A DNA stretch of 56,627 nucleotides from a virus (Duplodnaviria > Caudoviricetes), in the IMG/VR virus record IMGVR_UViG_3300029822_000012, positions 1 to 56,627 of that record. One strand, written 5' to 3'. A program made the position numbers and the translations under genes. Under the pieces are notes generated by a model that saw nothing but the letters and a program-made list of their open reading frames with translations, was not told where the DNA came from and made no database searches. Of this stretch, positions 1 through 13,100 are shown piece after piece (the stretch's first letter is position 1; each line of letters starts with the position of its first letter).

Positions 1-71
1 TGTAGCTCAGTCCGGTTTAGAGTACGCGTCTGGGGGGCGTGGGGTCGGAAGTTCGAATCTTCTCATCCCGA
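1..71 (+). tRNA. tRNA-Pro(GGG), 5' end cut by window edge; prophage integration target
   Basis: D-arm GCTC..GAGT, anticodon arm CGCGT-CTGGGGG-GCGTG, T-arm GGAAG-TTCGAAT-CTTCT, acceptor 3' strand CATCCCG-A. Confidence 0.93.
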
Positions 72-83
72 CAAATGAAAATC

Positions 84-114
84 AAGCACTTGCGATTCCG
101 TGAGTGCTTTTTTT
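84..114 (+). terminator. Rho-independent terminator after tRNA
   Basis: AAGCACTTGCG-ATTC-CGTGAGTGCTT hairpin followed by T run. Confidence 0.8.
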
Positions 115-139
115 ATATGTATCCCACCGTGACGCGTAC

Positions 140-201
140 CCGATTTAAACCGATTTAAACCGATATAACCGCAGCTTTGTCTGCAAATATTCTGCAAATA
201 T
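140..201 (+). repeat. Short direct repeats, probable att-arm (Int/Xis) binding sites
   Basis: CCGATTTAAA x2 plus CCGATATAAC (140-169); TCTGCAAATAT x2 (180-201) overlapping the integrase ATG. Confidence 0.6.
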
Positions 202-1405
202 GGCTACAATAAGATTATACTTAGACACGCGAAGAGCTAAACAGAATGGCGAGTTCCCGATCAAGATCGTGATAAAACACCGCAAGGACATTATGATTAA
301 CACCCCATACTCGGCAAATAAGAAAGAATGGAGGAATAACCGACTCACGAAAGCAGTACCCAACTTCAAGGCAAAGAATGCAAAGATAACAAAGATGATA
401 TCCGACATAGAGTCAAAGCTACTCGATCTGGATAGAGATGATAAGCTAACTGCATTGTCGGATAAACAGCTAAAACAAATACTTCAAACGAAAAGAAGCG
501 ACAAACCCTCTTTATTTCTTCAGACATTCAAGAAGTACACGGATACACGCAAAGCAGAACAAACACGATATCTCTATGATAACACTCTCAAAAAAATATT
601 AGAGTTTGATCCCGCACCAACTTTCGAAAGCATAAACTTTGAATGGCTGGAAAACTTCGATGCACATTTAGCCCAGCAGGGAAACGCAACAAACACTCGT
701 GCGATTGAAATGAGGAACATCAGAGCCGTTTTCAACTACGCATTGAAGACAGATGCCACGAACATCTACCCGTTCCGTAAATTCGATATAAAGAAAGAAA
801 AAACAAGACACAGGGATTTAGAAATAGAGGAAATACACGAGATAATAAAATATGATGGAAAATGGAAGCACTTCACAGATTGCTTCATGCTGTCCTTTTA
901 TCTTGTTGGAATTAATTTGAAAGATCTATTGTATGCCAAAAAAACAGACGTGAAAAAAGGAAGGCTCGAATACTATCGTAACAAAACGGGGCGGCTTTAT
1001 TCAATCAAAATAGAACCAGAAGCACGAGAAATAATAGACCGGTACCCGGATAGTGAATATTTAGTTTCTTTCTGCCGTATGTATAAAAACTACGATGGAT
1101 TTAAAAGAGCTATAAATTACGCTTTGAAAAAAATAACAAACCAAGAAGGAGAGATCATAGATGAAAATATGTCCACATATTATGCCCGGCACTCGTGGGC
1201 GACAATCGCGTCAAAAATCGATATCCCTAAAGACACAATTTCAGAATCACTCGGGCATGAGTACGGATCCAAAATAACCGGCATATATATCAATTTCGAT
1301 ATGGAGAAAGTTGATCCGGCAAACAGGAAAGTTATTGATGCTATCGTTGAGCCAATAATAAAACCAAAGAGAAAAAGAAAAACCAAAAAAGAAACACAAA
1401 GTTAA
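200..1405 (+). CDS. int: Tyrosine recombinase/integrase
   Basis: N-terminal arm-binding-like region, SAM-like middle, YYARHSWAT..LGH..IY catalytic motifs; adjacent to tRNA. Confidence 0.95.
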   Translation: MATIRLYLDTRRAKQNGEFPIKIVIKHRKDIMINTPYSANKKEWRNNRLTKAVPNFKAKNAKITKMISDIESKLLDLDRDDKLTALSDKQLKQILQTKRSDKPSLFLQTFKKYTDTRKAEQTRYLYDNTLKKILEFDPAPTFESINFEWLENFDAHLAQQGNATNTRAIEMRNIRAVFNYALKTDATNIYPFRKFDIKKEKTRHRDLEIEEIHEIIKYDGKWKHFTDCFMLSFYLVGINLKDLLYAKKTDVKKGRLEYYRNKTGRLYSIKIEPEAREIIDRYPDSEYLVSFCRMYKNYDGFKRAINYALKKITNQEGEIIDENMSTYYARHSWATIASKIDIPKDTISESLGHEYGSKITGIYINFDMEKVDPANRKVIDAIVEPIIKPKRKRKTKKETQS

Positions 1406-1473
1406 AATATGCAAACAGGGTAATACACGAGATACTTATTATATATATATATATTGTTTATCTATACTACTAA

Positions 1474-1575
1474 TGCTTTATTAAAATTTGATAGGGCAAA
1501 ACAAGTGCTTCGTCAAAATTTGATAGAGCAAAACGGGTGCCCTATCAAGTGCTTTATTAAAAAATGACAGGGCAA
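1474..1575. repeat. Imperfect 32-bp tandem repeats with an inverted core copy
   Basis: TGCTTTATTAAAATTTGATAGGGCAAAACAAG (1474-1505), variant at 1506-1537, inverted TGCCCTATCAA (1538-1548), partial third copy at 1550-1575. Confidence 0.8.
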
Positions 1576-1604
1576 TTAATGTAACTTAACAACGAATTAA
1601 CAAG

Positions 1605-1637
1605 AAAAAGGCACCCGATCTTCACAAACCGAATGCC
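1605..1637 (-). terminator. Rho-independent terminator
   Basis: Minus strand GGCATTCGGT-TTGTGAAG-ATCGGGTGCC-TTTTT downstream of 1663..2013. Confidence 0.7.
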
Positions 1638-1662
1638 GCAAAACTAAAATCAAAAATATAAA

Positions 1663-2013
1663 TTATTCTTCCTTGGATACTTCTCCCGCTAACTTAGCAT
1701 ACATAGCAGACCTGATATCGCTATCTTTCTGCTCATCATCGTTCAGTGGGCGAGGAACAAATAATTTAAGAACATCAAGCTTTAATTTAGCCCGCTTGTC
1801 CGCATCTTCTACCATGTCAATATCATTGAAGAATTCGTCTATATACTCAACCTTGCTGACTTTTTCGTAGATAGCCTTACGAACATCGAACTGAATCTTA
1901 TTCTTCGAACCTTTCGGTCTACCAGCAGGGTTATTAGTTCTCCCTTTCGGCAAGCCAACCTTTTTCTTTGCCGTGGTCTCCTTCTTCGCTGTATTTTCCT
2001 TTTTATTTGTCAT
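1663..2013 (-). CDS. Putative terminase small subunit / DUF5681-like basic DNA-binding protein
   Basis: GRTNNPAGRPKGSKNK motif typical of TerS-like N-termini; start set at MTNKKE. Confidence 0.55.
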   Translation of the reverse strand: MTNKKENTAKKETTAKKKVGLPKGRTNNPAGRPKGSKNKIQFDVRKAIYEKVSKVEYIDEFFNDIDMVEDADKRAKLKLDVLKLFVPRPLNDDEQKDSDIRSAMYAKLAGEVSKEE

Positions 2014-2079
2014 AGCCCCTGTTTGTATATCAACAAATATCAACAAAATAAAATAGACTCTCAAATACCCCGTCATTAT

Positions 2080-2123
2080 TTAATTCTATCAACCGATTAG
2101 GCATTTATTATTTACGTTATTTG
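2080..2123 (+). promoter_or_regulatory. Putative phage late promoter (ejection operon)
   Basis: TTAA-N2-CTATCAACCGATT-N22-TTG; same architecture at three other operon starts. Confidence 0.65.
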
Positions 2124-2151
2124 CTTCATTATAACCCCAAAAAGTAGTGAT

Positions 2152-2766
2152 ATGGATCCCATTACAATAGGTTTAGGAGCGGCCGGTTTGGCAACTTCAC
2201 TCTTCGGAGGATGGAAGGCAGGTAAGGAGCGTGAAAAGATGGATGCGAAGATAGGGGAGCTCGAAAGAGACAACAAGGCATTCTACAACGCTAACGCACT
2301 TGGTGACTACACGCAGAGAGCGGATGCGCAGAATGTTATCAGACAGATGCGTAACCAGCTTGACAGACAGACAAAGAGAGCTAACGACACTGCGGTAATC
2401 ACCGGTGCCACGCCAGAAGCTACAGCATTACAAAAGCAGGGAGCAAATGAGGCACTTGCGGGTGCTACAGCTCAAATTGGCGCGATAGGGCAACAATTCA
2501 AAGACAGGGTGACTGACAGGTATCTGAACAGAAAGGACAACTACGCTATGATGCGATTGAATCAATCAGAAGGAGCTGCACAAGGCTACGAAGGGTTAAT
2601 GCAGAGCGGACTGAATGTTATGTCGGGTGCCTTGGGTGGATTGACTGGAGGCTTCAACAAAAAGAGTAAGCCACCCGGCAAAGTTGGCAACGCTTCCACC
2701 ACGCTCAATACGGATCCACTCTCCCCATTAAAGAATCTTGGCGGCATTATTCCTAATCACACGTAA
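2152..2766 (+). CDS. Putative internal virion/ejection (pilot) protein
   Basis: Gly/Ala-rich hydrophobic N-terminus MDPITIGLGAAGLATSLFGG plus helical body; first of three genes of increasing size. Confidence 0.6.
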   Translation: MDPITIGLGAAGLATSLFGGWKAGKEREKMDAKIGELERDNKAFYNANALGDYTQRADAQNVIRQMRNQLDRQTKRANDTAVITGATPEATALQKQGANEALAGATAQIGAIGQQFKDRVTDRYLNRKDNYAMMRLNQSEGAAQGYEGLMQSGLNVMSGALGGLTGGFNKKSKPPGKVGNASTTLNTDPLSPLKNLGGIIPNHT

Positions 2767-2768
2767 TC

Positions 2769-4103
2769 ATGATATCAGTAAAACAAATACTCGAAGAGGA
2801 AAGGCGAAAAACAGAAGAGCCGGTAACAGCTCCTGTTGTTACTCCTGATGAGAATGTACAAATACAACAGCAAGAAGGAACTGTACCAAAAGGAGCGATT
2901 GAGAGCAGAACCAACCGCTACGTGGGACAACTACTCACAAACAAGGAGAACGTCCGGCAGGGCGCACCTAATCAAGCCGAGCAGGTTGTTTACGACAATA
3001 AACCGGAGAGCTGGAATGACGAGCAATATGAAGCAGTTCGCGGGCTTGGTTATACCGACGATCAGATAGCGCAAATGTTTAGCGGCCCTGATCCTCAAAA
3101 CCTAATGAATGGAATATTCTCAAGCATTTTCAAGAATAACACGCCTGAACCACGGGTACCGGATGAAAAGACGCTGAAAAGACAGAGAGCTATCGCGGGC
3201 TTAGGAGATACCCTCTCTCTTGTATCGCAAATGGCCGGTTCCGCAATGGGAGCAAGACCTCGTGAAAGAAAATGGGAAGAATCAGCTACAGCACGCCTCA
3301 ATGCGAATCAAAAGGAGCTGTATGAAAAATACCTCGCGGAGAGTGATCGATACAACAGAGGGCTTGTAAATGCACACATGCAGGACTATCTACAGGGCAA
3401 GCAGGACTGGATGCAAACAAGAAGTAATATACAGAATGCACTTCAATCTGTTAACGAACAACGAATCAAACAGGCAGAAAAAGAACAGAAGGATGCGATC
3501 GAACGTGAGAAGCTCGACATAAGCAAGCAGAATGCAGAATCAATGAGGTTGAAGCGTGAGCACGATATGAAGATGTCAGAACAGAATGCTGCAACTCTAT
3601 CCGCTTACAGGCAGTCACAGATCAACCGCAACAATGCAGAAACATCAAGGAAGGTATCAAGCCTGTCTGGGAAGAAAGCAGATGCTACCTTTTATCTCAA
3701 CTCAGAAAAAGGAGATCCAAATGCTCATGTAGACCAATTCGGAAGATCTATTGTTGAGTACAATCTAAGCAAAGACGAAGTGTTTTCACTTGCACAAGAA
3801 GCAAAAAAAGATCAGGAATTCATGGAGAGAAACGGGCTTGTACTCTCGCGTCCGGATGCACTTGGCAGCGGATCATGGAAGTATTCTCCTGATGACGAAA
3901 TTGCACTCGCGTACGTACAGGAAATGTACAACAAGCAATACCAAGAAGCAAAACAAGGACAAGCGCAATACCCACAAATAGCAATACCAAAGCCGAAATG
4001 GAATGAAAGTCAGGATATATGGCAGGATCCGCTCGATACTCCACCATATGAACAGCAGAAGCTTGAAGAGCAAGACGAGTGGGATAACTTTTTAATTGAC
4101 TGA
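2769..4103 (+). CDS. Putative internal virion/ejection protein
   Basis: 444 aa, Q/E-rich coiled coil with a short hydrophobic segment; lies between pilot-like and giant gene. Confidence 0.55.
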   Translation: MISVKQILEEERRKTEEPVTAPVVTPDENVQIQQQEGTVPKGAIESRTNRYVGQLLTNKENVRQGAPNQAEQVVYDNKPESWNDEQYEAVRGLGYTDDQIAQMFSGPDPQNLMNGIFSSIFKNNTPEPRVPDEKTLKRQRAIAGLGDTLSLVSQMAGSAMGARPRERKWEESATARLNANQKELYEKYLAESDRYNRGLVNAHMQDYLQGKQDWMQTRSNIQNALQSVNEQRIKQAEKEQKDAIEREKLDISKQNAESMRLKREHDMKMSEQNAATLSAYRQSQINRNNAETSRKVSSLSGKKADATFYLNSEKGDPNAHVDQFGRSIVEYNLSKDEVFSLAQEAKKDQEFMERNGLVLSRPDALGSGSWKYSPDDEIALAYVQEMYNKQYQEAKQGQAQYPQIAIPKPKWNESQDIWQDPLDTPPYEQQKLEEQDEWDNFLID

Positions 4104-4119
4104 ATAAACATACATTGAT

Positions 4120-7100
4120 ATGCCTATTTACGAAAGCAACGGGAAAAGATATAGCATACCGGAAGATAAAGTAAATGACTTCCTGAAAGCACGGGAAGGC
4201 GCTAAGCTGGTTGATGAAACACCGTTTTATCTAAGCAATCAACAACCACAAGGAGTAAGCAAACCAGCGGTAAAACAACCACAGCAGCCGAATGTTACAG
4301 TACAGGAAGAGCCGCAAGAAAGCACTATTGATATGTCTAACCTGTTCTCGAAGCACGTTGCTCGGGGTAATGCATTTGACAATGTCGAGGGTGGTATTTC
4401 ACTACGTGATACTGCCAAGGTTGGGCATCTCGGACGGAGCAATAATCAGGGGGGCATACCGGATGCTATGAAAGATGCTTACCAGAACTACAAAAGCGGT
4501 GAGCAGTTTAAAAGCAGTATTCAGGATCAACTCGAAGCATACCGCATTGATAATCAAGGCAAATTACAGGATAGGTATAAAGACTTACAGGCACGTGAGC
4601 AGGAGTATGAGAGAACTAAGTCAGGATTTCAAAAGCTTGCCACAGCAGGATCAGCAAGAATGAGCGACAGGGCTTTAATACAGCTTGACGAGGACTACTC
4701 CAACTACAAGTTTGCGTCCGACTACATTAACGAAGCACAACAATTAATTTCCAACGTTCAGGATGAAAAAGGTATCCTAAAGGGTGTAGGTGATGCCATA
4801 TTCGATTATGACACATGGATATTAGGAATTGAAAACACTCGCAAGAACGCATACACTAACACGGCAATACAGAAGCTTGAGAGGGGTGAAGAACTCACAG
4901 ATAGTGAGAACGCTCTTCTTGATGCTATGGCTCTCAATCTTGCAGCAAGTGCCTACTATGGCTCTGATCTTAAAAGACAATACAACTGGGGGCAGATAGC
5001 AGGTGAATCACTTCCGTTCATGATGGAGTTCATTCTTAATCCTTTCGCTAAAATGGGGAAAGGTGTAGGAAAAGCAATTGCAAAATACGGAATAAAACGA
5101 TTTGGCAAAAAGGGTGCAGGCGCACTCGCAACACGTGTGGGCGGCTCACTCGCGAGTGATATTGTTGGAGCCAGCGCAATGGTCGGAACCACGGGGTTGC
5201 CACGCACATTTGGTGATGCAGCAAGCAGGCATTCAGGTGATGCTTATTACGATGTAGATGAAGAAGGGAAGATAGTATTCGGAGGCACGGAGGGAGCCGT
5301 GGATCCACTCGAAGCAATTACCAATGCATTCCTATCGCAAGGTATTGAATACTTTTCTGAGATGACGGGTGAACGTTTCTCGGAGGTTGGAAGATTGATA
5401 GGAAGAAGCCCGGCACTCAAAGGAATCAAAGCTACAGGATTTGGTCGAGCGATGACTAAATTCAATAGATCACCTGTTGTTAGAGAGCTTAGAGGGCTTG
5501 AGAAACGTGGTCAATGGTCGGGCCTTATAGGTGAGTGGTACGAAGAGAGAGTAGGTACTATGCTTAACTCATTATTCGTTGGTGACTCACATTTGTCGGA
5601 TCTATATGATTTAGAGCAACAGGTCGACACATTTATGGGACTATCCCTCACAGGTGGCCTCATGGGTGGAATCCGGACGACTGGTTATGCAGCAGACAGG
5701 GCGCAATCCGCAAAAAAATTACGCAGGACAGATAGAACAGCATCATCTTTATTCCCCAACTGGGACAAAATGAAGTCACAGATCGAGGGGATGACTTTAG
5801 CAGAAAGGAAAGCGTCTATACTTGATATTGCTATCTCAAAAGATATACCAGGACCGGCAAAAGCAGCATACACGGACTACGTGGGTGCAAAGAACTATCA
5901 AGACGTTCTTTCAGGAATCAAGGAAGAAAGCAATAAAGAAGAGTTGATCGATACCCGGCAAAGAATTAATCAGCTGGTAAATACAGCCGTTAATCCTCAA
6001 ACAAACAGTATCATTATAGCCAATGTTCCAGGTGCGAAAGAAGTTCGTCTATACGGGGATATAGTACTCAATGAAGATGGCACAATCAACGAGATAGACA
6101 GCGGCAGCGTATTTTACACCGCTGAGGACGGGAAGAGGCACGTTGTGTCTCCCAAGTTTGTAGAGATTTTAGAAAACACACCTGCAGATCAGGCAAAAGA
6201 AGAAACCTTAAATATTGTAACGGAAGAAATTGCAAACAGGCAAGCCAATGAAGCGGTAAGGCCTTACGAAATCGGAGAGGTTGTAACATTCTCTACTGAC
6301 GGGAAAACATCCCTTCTGGGGCAAGTAAGTGGACAAAATAAAGATGGCACATACCATATTGCTGTTGATGGCATGCCGGAACCACTTGCGATTGAACCAA
6401 GAATGATTATTCCAGAAGATAATATCAGGGGGATCGAAAATGGCATGCAGGTGCAATACAGGGATCAAGAAGGGAATATCCATACCGGTATTGTCAATGA
6501 TGCATTCGGGCTAAGACAGCAGGGATTAATAGATATAGATGGTAATATGGTGCCAACAACTGATATTATCCCGATTGACGAAATGACAGATATTGAAGCC
6601 GAAAATGAAGCTTCTCCGATAGCCGAAGCCGACAATATGCAAGCAGAAGTAGAAGAAACAGAGCAAAACGACACGACACCAGAACAGCAGGCAGAAATAC
6701 AAGCACAACTGCAAGCCGAACAGGAAAAACAGGCATTCATGGACTCTCTCCCGGTATTCGAAAAAGGGAAAAATCAAGGGGAGATAGACCAGTCAAGAAT
6801 GACACCTGAGCAGAATGTTCAGTACTTTGAATACACCTACGGAAAAGAGAAAGCGTTGCAGGCAGCAGAGAAGCAGGTGGACAACCTCAAGAAAAGACTC
6901 AAATCCGAACGAACGAAGCTTGATAATGATCCGTTTAACATTAAGCAAAACCAAAAGGTTGAAGACATTCAGACTCAATTGGATGCCTATTCTAACTACG
7001 TTAATCAGGAGAAACAAAGGCTGACAGAGGAAAACATCAAAAGTACACCGAAATCCTCTATAGCCGAAGACAGGCAAGCCAGAAGCGAAGATATAAGGCA

Positions 7101-10100
7101 GGAAGAAGCCGGTGCAACTGGTCAAGCAGATCAGTCCATCATTGAGAAGTGGAGTAACGCAGAAAAGATAGAGGGAATCGAAGATGTTATCACTCTATCA
7201 AATGGTGAGAAAATTGAAGGCAGGTATGTACTTACAACGGCAGATGCACCTTCACCAAGCCATGATATCGAGAGAAACTTCGCGAAAACGGTCGGTTTCC
7301 CAGTTAATGAACAGGGAAATACTGTTAATGACAGAGATTACGAGGCTGATCTCACGGCACAAACACTTGTACAGCAGAGAGCAAACAACTATGACGAGAG
7401 AGCGGTACAAACACCCGTGGTTGTTAGTCAGGATGGCGTTGTCTTATCAGGGAATGACAGAACAATGGCTGGACAGATTGCAGCAATAAACGGCACGGAT
7501 GGCGCATACACGAGCTACATTGAACGATATGCCAATAGGTGGGGGTTCACACCAGAACAAGTGCAATCAGTGCAGAATCCGCGCATTGTGTTCGTTCCTA
7601 ATAATCCCATGCCGTACAATACAGCGACGTTCGCTAAATTCAATGCAGAAGAAAAGAAAACGCAGAACTCCCTTGAAGCAGCCATAAAAGCGAGCAAAAG
7701 CATTTCAAGAGAAGTTGTTATTCCGTTAGCAGAGACCATCGAGAATTTCGACAAGCTTACTGATTTCTATAGCAGTGCACCTGCAATCAAGAAAACCATC
7801 GATGCACTACTGCAGAATGGAGTGATCCAGCCTAACGAGCTGCCTCGATTGATGGATGGCAACTTGTTGAGTGCAGAGGGGAAATCGTTCCTTGAAACGA
7901 TAATGTTAGGGTCTGTCCTCGGTGAGCAGGCACTCAGAGAAGTAGACCAGATGCGAAGCGTAAGACAAACCCTTATGCGGACCATGCCTCAACTGTTCAG
8001 GAACTCTTCATTGAAGGAATACTCTTTAATGGGTGAGCTAAACAATGCAATCCATCTGCTGTATGAAGCCAAACAAAATGGAAGCACCATCACCCTGCAC
8101 CTAAAGCAGGGCAATCTGTTTGAGCTTTCAGCGGAAGAGGTATATAGTGAAACTGAAAAATTGTTATCTTTGATGCTCGAGGGCGAAAAGGATACTACTT
8201 TCAGAAATATCTTTGAAGCGTTCAATAAAAAAGCAGTATCTATTGAATCCGGGCAGGTGGATCTTTTCGATGGTATCATGGAAAAGCCTGATTTATTAAA
8301 ACAAATACTTGAAATATATGGACAGCAAGAAACAGAAAGCAGTGAACAAGCTGAATCTCCTGATGGAATCGATAGTCGAAGTGAAGAGCGAAGAGAAGAA
8401 CAGCGACCAGAAGAGCAATCAACAGACGAAGGAACAGGACAACAGCAAGAAGTAGAAGAACCGGACAGCTACATTCAAAAGACTGTTAATAGATGGGTAG
8501 ACCTTTACGAAAAGGGAGAGTATGAGGAAATATTTGATGACGTGGTGTTCAACAATGTTGATGCGAATAGGCCATACATCAAGCCATTCGAAGAAAGAGT
8601 TGGTATAACCATACCTGATATTTCTACCAAGAAGAAGAAAAGGGACTTCATTAAATCGCTTAGGGAGAAACCCATTATCAACATTGTTGAACACGCTAAC
8701 AATGTTGTCAAGAATGAAGAGATCCGTGTAGAAGCCGACAAGACAGATACTAAACCATCAGAAGCACAAAAGAAAGCCGGGAACTACCGTAAAGGCCATG
8801 TAAACATCCAGGGTTTCGATATAACCATCGAAAACCCGGCAGGATCCGTTCGCTCCGGTGTGAACCAGGACGGAACTGAATGGAGTAACACAATGCAAAA
8901 CCATTACGGTTACTTTAAAAGAACAAATGGCAAAGATGGCGACCAAATTGATGTTTTTGTAGGTAATAAGCCCGAAAGCAATCATATATTTGTTGTAGAT
9001 CAAATCAACACCGAAACCAAAGAGTTTGACGAAAGCAAGGTTATGCTCGGCTTTGATACCTTGCAGGAAGCTAAAGATGCCTATCTATCGAACTACGAGG
9101 AAGGATGGCAGGGATTAGGGTCCATCACAACAGTTGATGTTGATACATTCAAAGAATGGGCAAAAGATAGAAAATCACAAAGAAAGCCCTTCAGTGAATA
9201 CAGAGATGTCCAATCCAAACAAGTACCAAAAGAATACGGTGCAGAGAACAAAGGAGTAACTACCGAGCAGTACGAAGAGCTTAAGCAGCGTATGAGGGGC
9301 TTGCTTAACAACCTGAACGTGGGCTTTAATCCTGAAATATTTACCATAGGGGCGCAAATGGCAGCCTACCACATGGAGGCAGGCGCACGAAAGTTCGCGG
9401 ACTACGCAACCAGAATGATTAATGATTTAGGTGAAAATGTAAAGCCTTACCTGAAATCATTCTACGAGGGCGTGCGTGCAATGGGCAATGAGTACGAGGG
9501 CATGGACTCCTATAAGTATGTAAAGGATTTTGATGTTGAAAGTTTAGGCAAGGAAGTACAGAAAAAAACAGAAGAAAAACAAACTGATAATAAAAAAGAT
9601 GATGTACCTTTGAGGAAAGGACCTCAACAGGGATCACTATTTGACAACGTAAATACAGAAGAAGATGGAAGCAGACAACAAACAAACACCCGAGCAGATA
9701 ATAGACAGTCTGAATCTGACAGAGGAAGACTTCCCGAATCTGAACAGGTACCAGAGCAAGGAGTATCTTCTGAGGACGCTTCAAGGACTGGCGAAAGCGA
9801 GCGGATGCTCACTGAAAGCGGCAGCGGTCAACCTCGAACACGACATGAGCATGACGTAAGCAGGGAGTACTCCAATGAAGAAATACACGGCATTGTATCA
9901 TCAGTAACCGAGATAAAAGACGGCAAAGTTGAAATAACCGGCGAGATTACCGATGATATCAAAACCATCGCGGGAAGATACAAGAGCGGTGGTGTTGCAA
10001 AAGAAGGCAGGGGAGTACTCGATGAATATTACACGAGTGAAAGGATAGTTGATGCAGTAGCAGAAATACTATCAAAATATATTAAACCTAATACTAATAC

Positions 10101-13100
10101 ACGTGCATTAGAGCCAAGCGTGGGAATTGGCAACTTCATAGATGCGCTGCCAAACAAAGGCGAGATTGTTTCCTTCGAGATAAACGAAACAACAGCACGA
10201 ATAGCGAAAATACTTCATCCGAACATAGAGGTTAATCTTCGTCCGTTTGAAACAGAGTTTATCGATGAAAAGGGCAATAAAAAGCCAATGCCATCGAAGT
10301 ACGATATTGTCGTTGGTAATCCTCCCTACGGACAACACAGAGGTAAATACAAGGGATTAGGTGAAGAAAGCAGAATCAGCAGGTACGAAGATTACTTTGT
10401 GAAAAGAGGCCTTGATGTACTTAATGAAAACGGTATTCTCGCGATGGTCCTTCCAAGCGGATGGATGAATCGCAATAAGCTTGAAAATGGATATAGAATA
10501 CTGGATGCCTACAGGCTTCCTACCGGCGTGTTTGAAGGCACTGACATCGGCACTGATATTGTGGTGCTGCAGAAAGACTCAAAGCATAAATCTAAAGAAA
10601 ATCACAACTACTTTGATAGCAATCCGGCGAACATATTAGGTGAAACCAAAGAGAGAAAGAATCGCTTTGGCAGAATGGAAGAGTACGTTGATGGAGACAT
10701 TGACAGTGCGATGGATGCGTTAAGGCAAAATGAGGCAAAAAAGATCGCCTCCGATCTACATATTGAACCAACTCGGGACAATGTAAATGAAATTGACGAA
10801 GCGGTTAAAGAGGCTACAACAAGCGATGGGGCGAAAAAGGTAGTAAGGGCTACAAGAGCAAAGAAAAGCACTGCTACAGCACCCGAGAGTGGCAAAATAG
10901 TGATTACACCGAGTCAGCTAAAGTATGAATTTAAAAGGGGCGATGAAGTTGTACCGGCAGCTGATCAATTCCCGAATAAATTCAGCAAAGAGGAATCGGA
11001 TGCATTTAGGGACACCGACTATTCAGGGGTATTCAAGAATCCCGAAAAACACCGGAGATATGCAAATTACTACGCGGGTAAATGGATGCATGACTTCTAT
11101 TACGCGGAAGGTAATATATACGACAGGCTTGAGCAGTTAGAGAGGGATAGGGATAATATTAGCAAAGAGCAGTACGACAAGCAGAGACAAATGCTGCAAG
11201 ATGTTCTTCCAGATCAGAAAACACTGGGTGAAATTAATATTAATCCGAACACCGCGTTTGTGAAGAACCTTAATCTTCCATCTTCTGAGAGTGAAAAAAA
11301 ATCATTGCAAGACCGGTTCCTTGAGTTTGCCGGGAATCTCCCGAGAGACGCATTTGGCAGCTCTAACTACTGGGAAGTTAGATCGTATGTTCTCAACGAA
11401 CAGGTGTATGGCCAAGACAAGGCAAGAAACCAGCTTGTACGCGAAAGAAGAAAGAGAGTAGGCAAAGATTTGTTCCATAAGTTCCTGAGAGAAGAGCTTA
11501 CGGATACGCAGAGGAAACAAGTAGAATATGCATTCAACAGGGAGTATAACGCTGTTTATAGACCAGACTATGCAAAGGTGCCAATGTTCTCAAGCATCCA
11601 TAAAAACTTTAGAGGGAAGCCTTTCGAGCTTACAGAGGTGCAGAAAGCCGGTATCGGTCGCATGACCGTAAAAGGCGTTGGGGTGCTGGCCCATGAAGTT
11701 GGGTTTGGAAAAACACTAAGTGCTATTCTCTCCATGCATGAAGCGATGGATAGGGGATATACTAAAAAACCTCTTATAGTAGTGCCAAACGACAGCATAT
11801 TGAAACAGTGGGTTGAAACAATAAATGACATCCTCCCGGAAGCGACGGTGAATGTGCTTGGAAATTTAGGTGTAAAATACAATCTCGATAACTTCAATGT
11901 AAACGATGGGGAATACACTATTGTAACGTATCAAGGATTTAAGAAGCTATCCTTTAGGAACAATGTTTACGACAAGCTTGCCCAAGACTTTCATTATATT
12001 TCTGACACAGATCTTGATAAACAGAAATCGACACGTGAATCGGAGAAAGAAAAAGCCGATATTCAAGAGACAGTTGGTAAAATGCAACGTCAAGGATCGT
12101 ACAGTTTCGAGGATGCCGGGTTTGATTACCTTACATTTGATGAAATCCATAACGCCAACCACATTGTAGGCAAAGTGCAAATTGACCGAAAAGACCATTC
12201 GGATTTCAGGAGTCAATCACAAAACACGTCAGATTTAGGCATTAAAACGTGGGTGGCCGCACAGTACATTCAGCAACAGAACGATGGTAGAAACGTACTG
12301 TTATTAAGCGCGACGCCGTTCACCAATAAGCCACTCGAATACTACTCTATCTTGTCGCTCGTGGCAAATTCGACATTGAAACGTATGGGCTTCTACCAAG
12401 TGGATCAATTCTTCGAGACATTCATGGAAGCTGATAACGATCTTGAAATTGCTGCCAACGGCAAAGCACAACAAAAAACCAATGTTCGCAGGTTCAGGAA
12501 TAATGGTCTGTTTAACCAGCTTCTTGGAGAATACATTGACATTAAAGGCGAGCAGGACAACCCCGATCTTGTAAGACCGGAGAGGATCAACAAGGAGTAC
12601 AAAATACCGCAGAACAATCTCACGCAGGATGCACTTGCGCAAGCACAGGCATTATTGGAAGATGGAGAGACTGTATTGTCAGGGTTAACTCAATCGAGAC
12701 TGATAGCTTTCTCCCCTTACGCTTCGTACTTGTCTAACGAGTCTCCACAGTCACATAAAGAGTTTGTTGAGAATAGCCCCAAGATACATGGCACGATTAA
12801 GCTTATAGAGCAGAACAGAAAGGACAACGCGGGTGCCGGGCAGATCGTATATTCTGAATTAGGGGTAGATTTCTTTCCATATATCAGGGATTACTTGATA
12901 AACGAAAGCAAATTTAAAGCCAGTGAAGTAGCAATAATAGCGGGGTCCACTTCTGCAACAGAAAGGACAAGAATACAGAGTGAATTTAACAAAGGCGCCA
13001 TAAAAGTTATTCTCGGTTCACCGGCAATCAAAGAAGGAATGAACCTTCAGGAGAATACAACAGATATGTATATTCTTTCCCTACCCTATAACTTCACACA

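Noticed and set aside
1440-1454. (TA)n microsatellite as phase-variation switch
   Set aside because: Lies between convergent gene ends with no promoter or ORF to affect.
1474-1575. Mini CRISPR array
   Set aside because: Repeats are adjacent without unique spacers and no cas genes are present.
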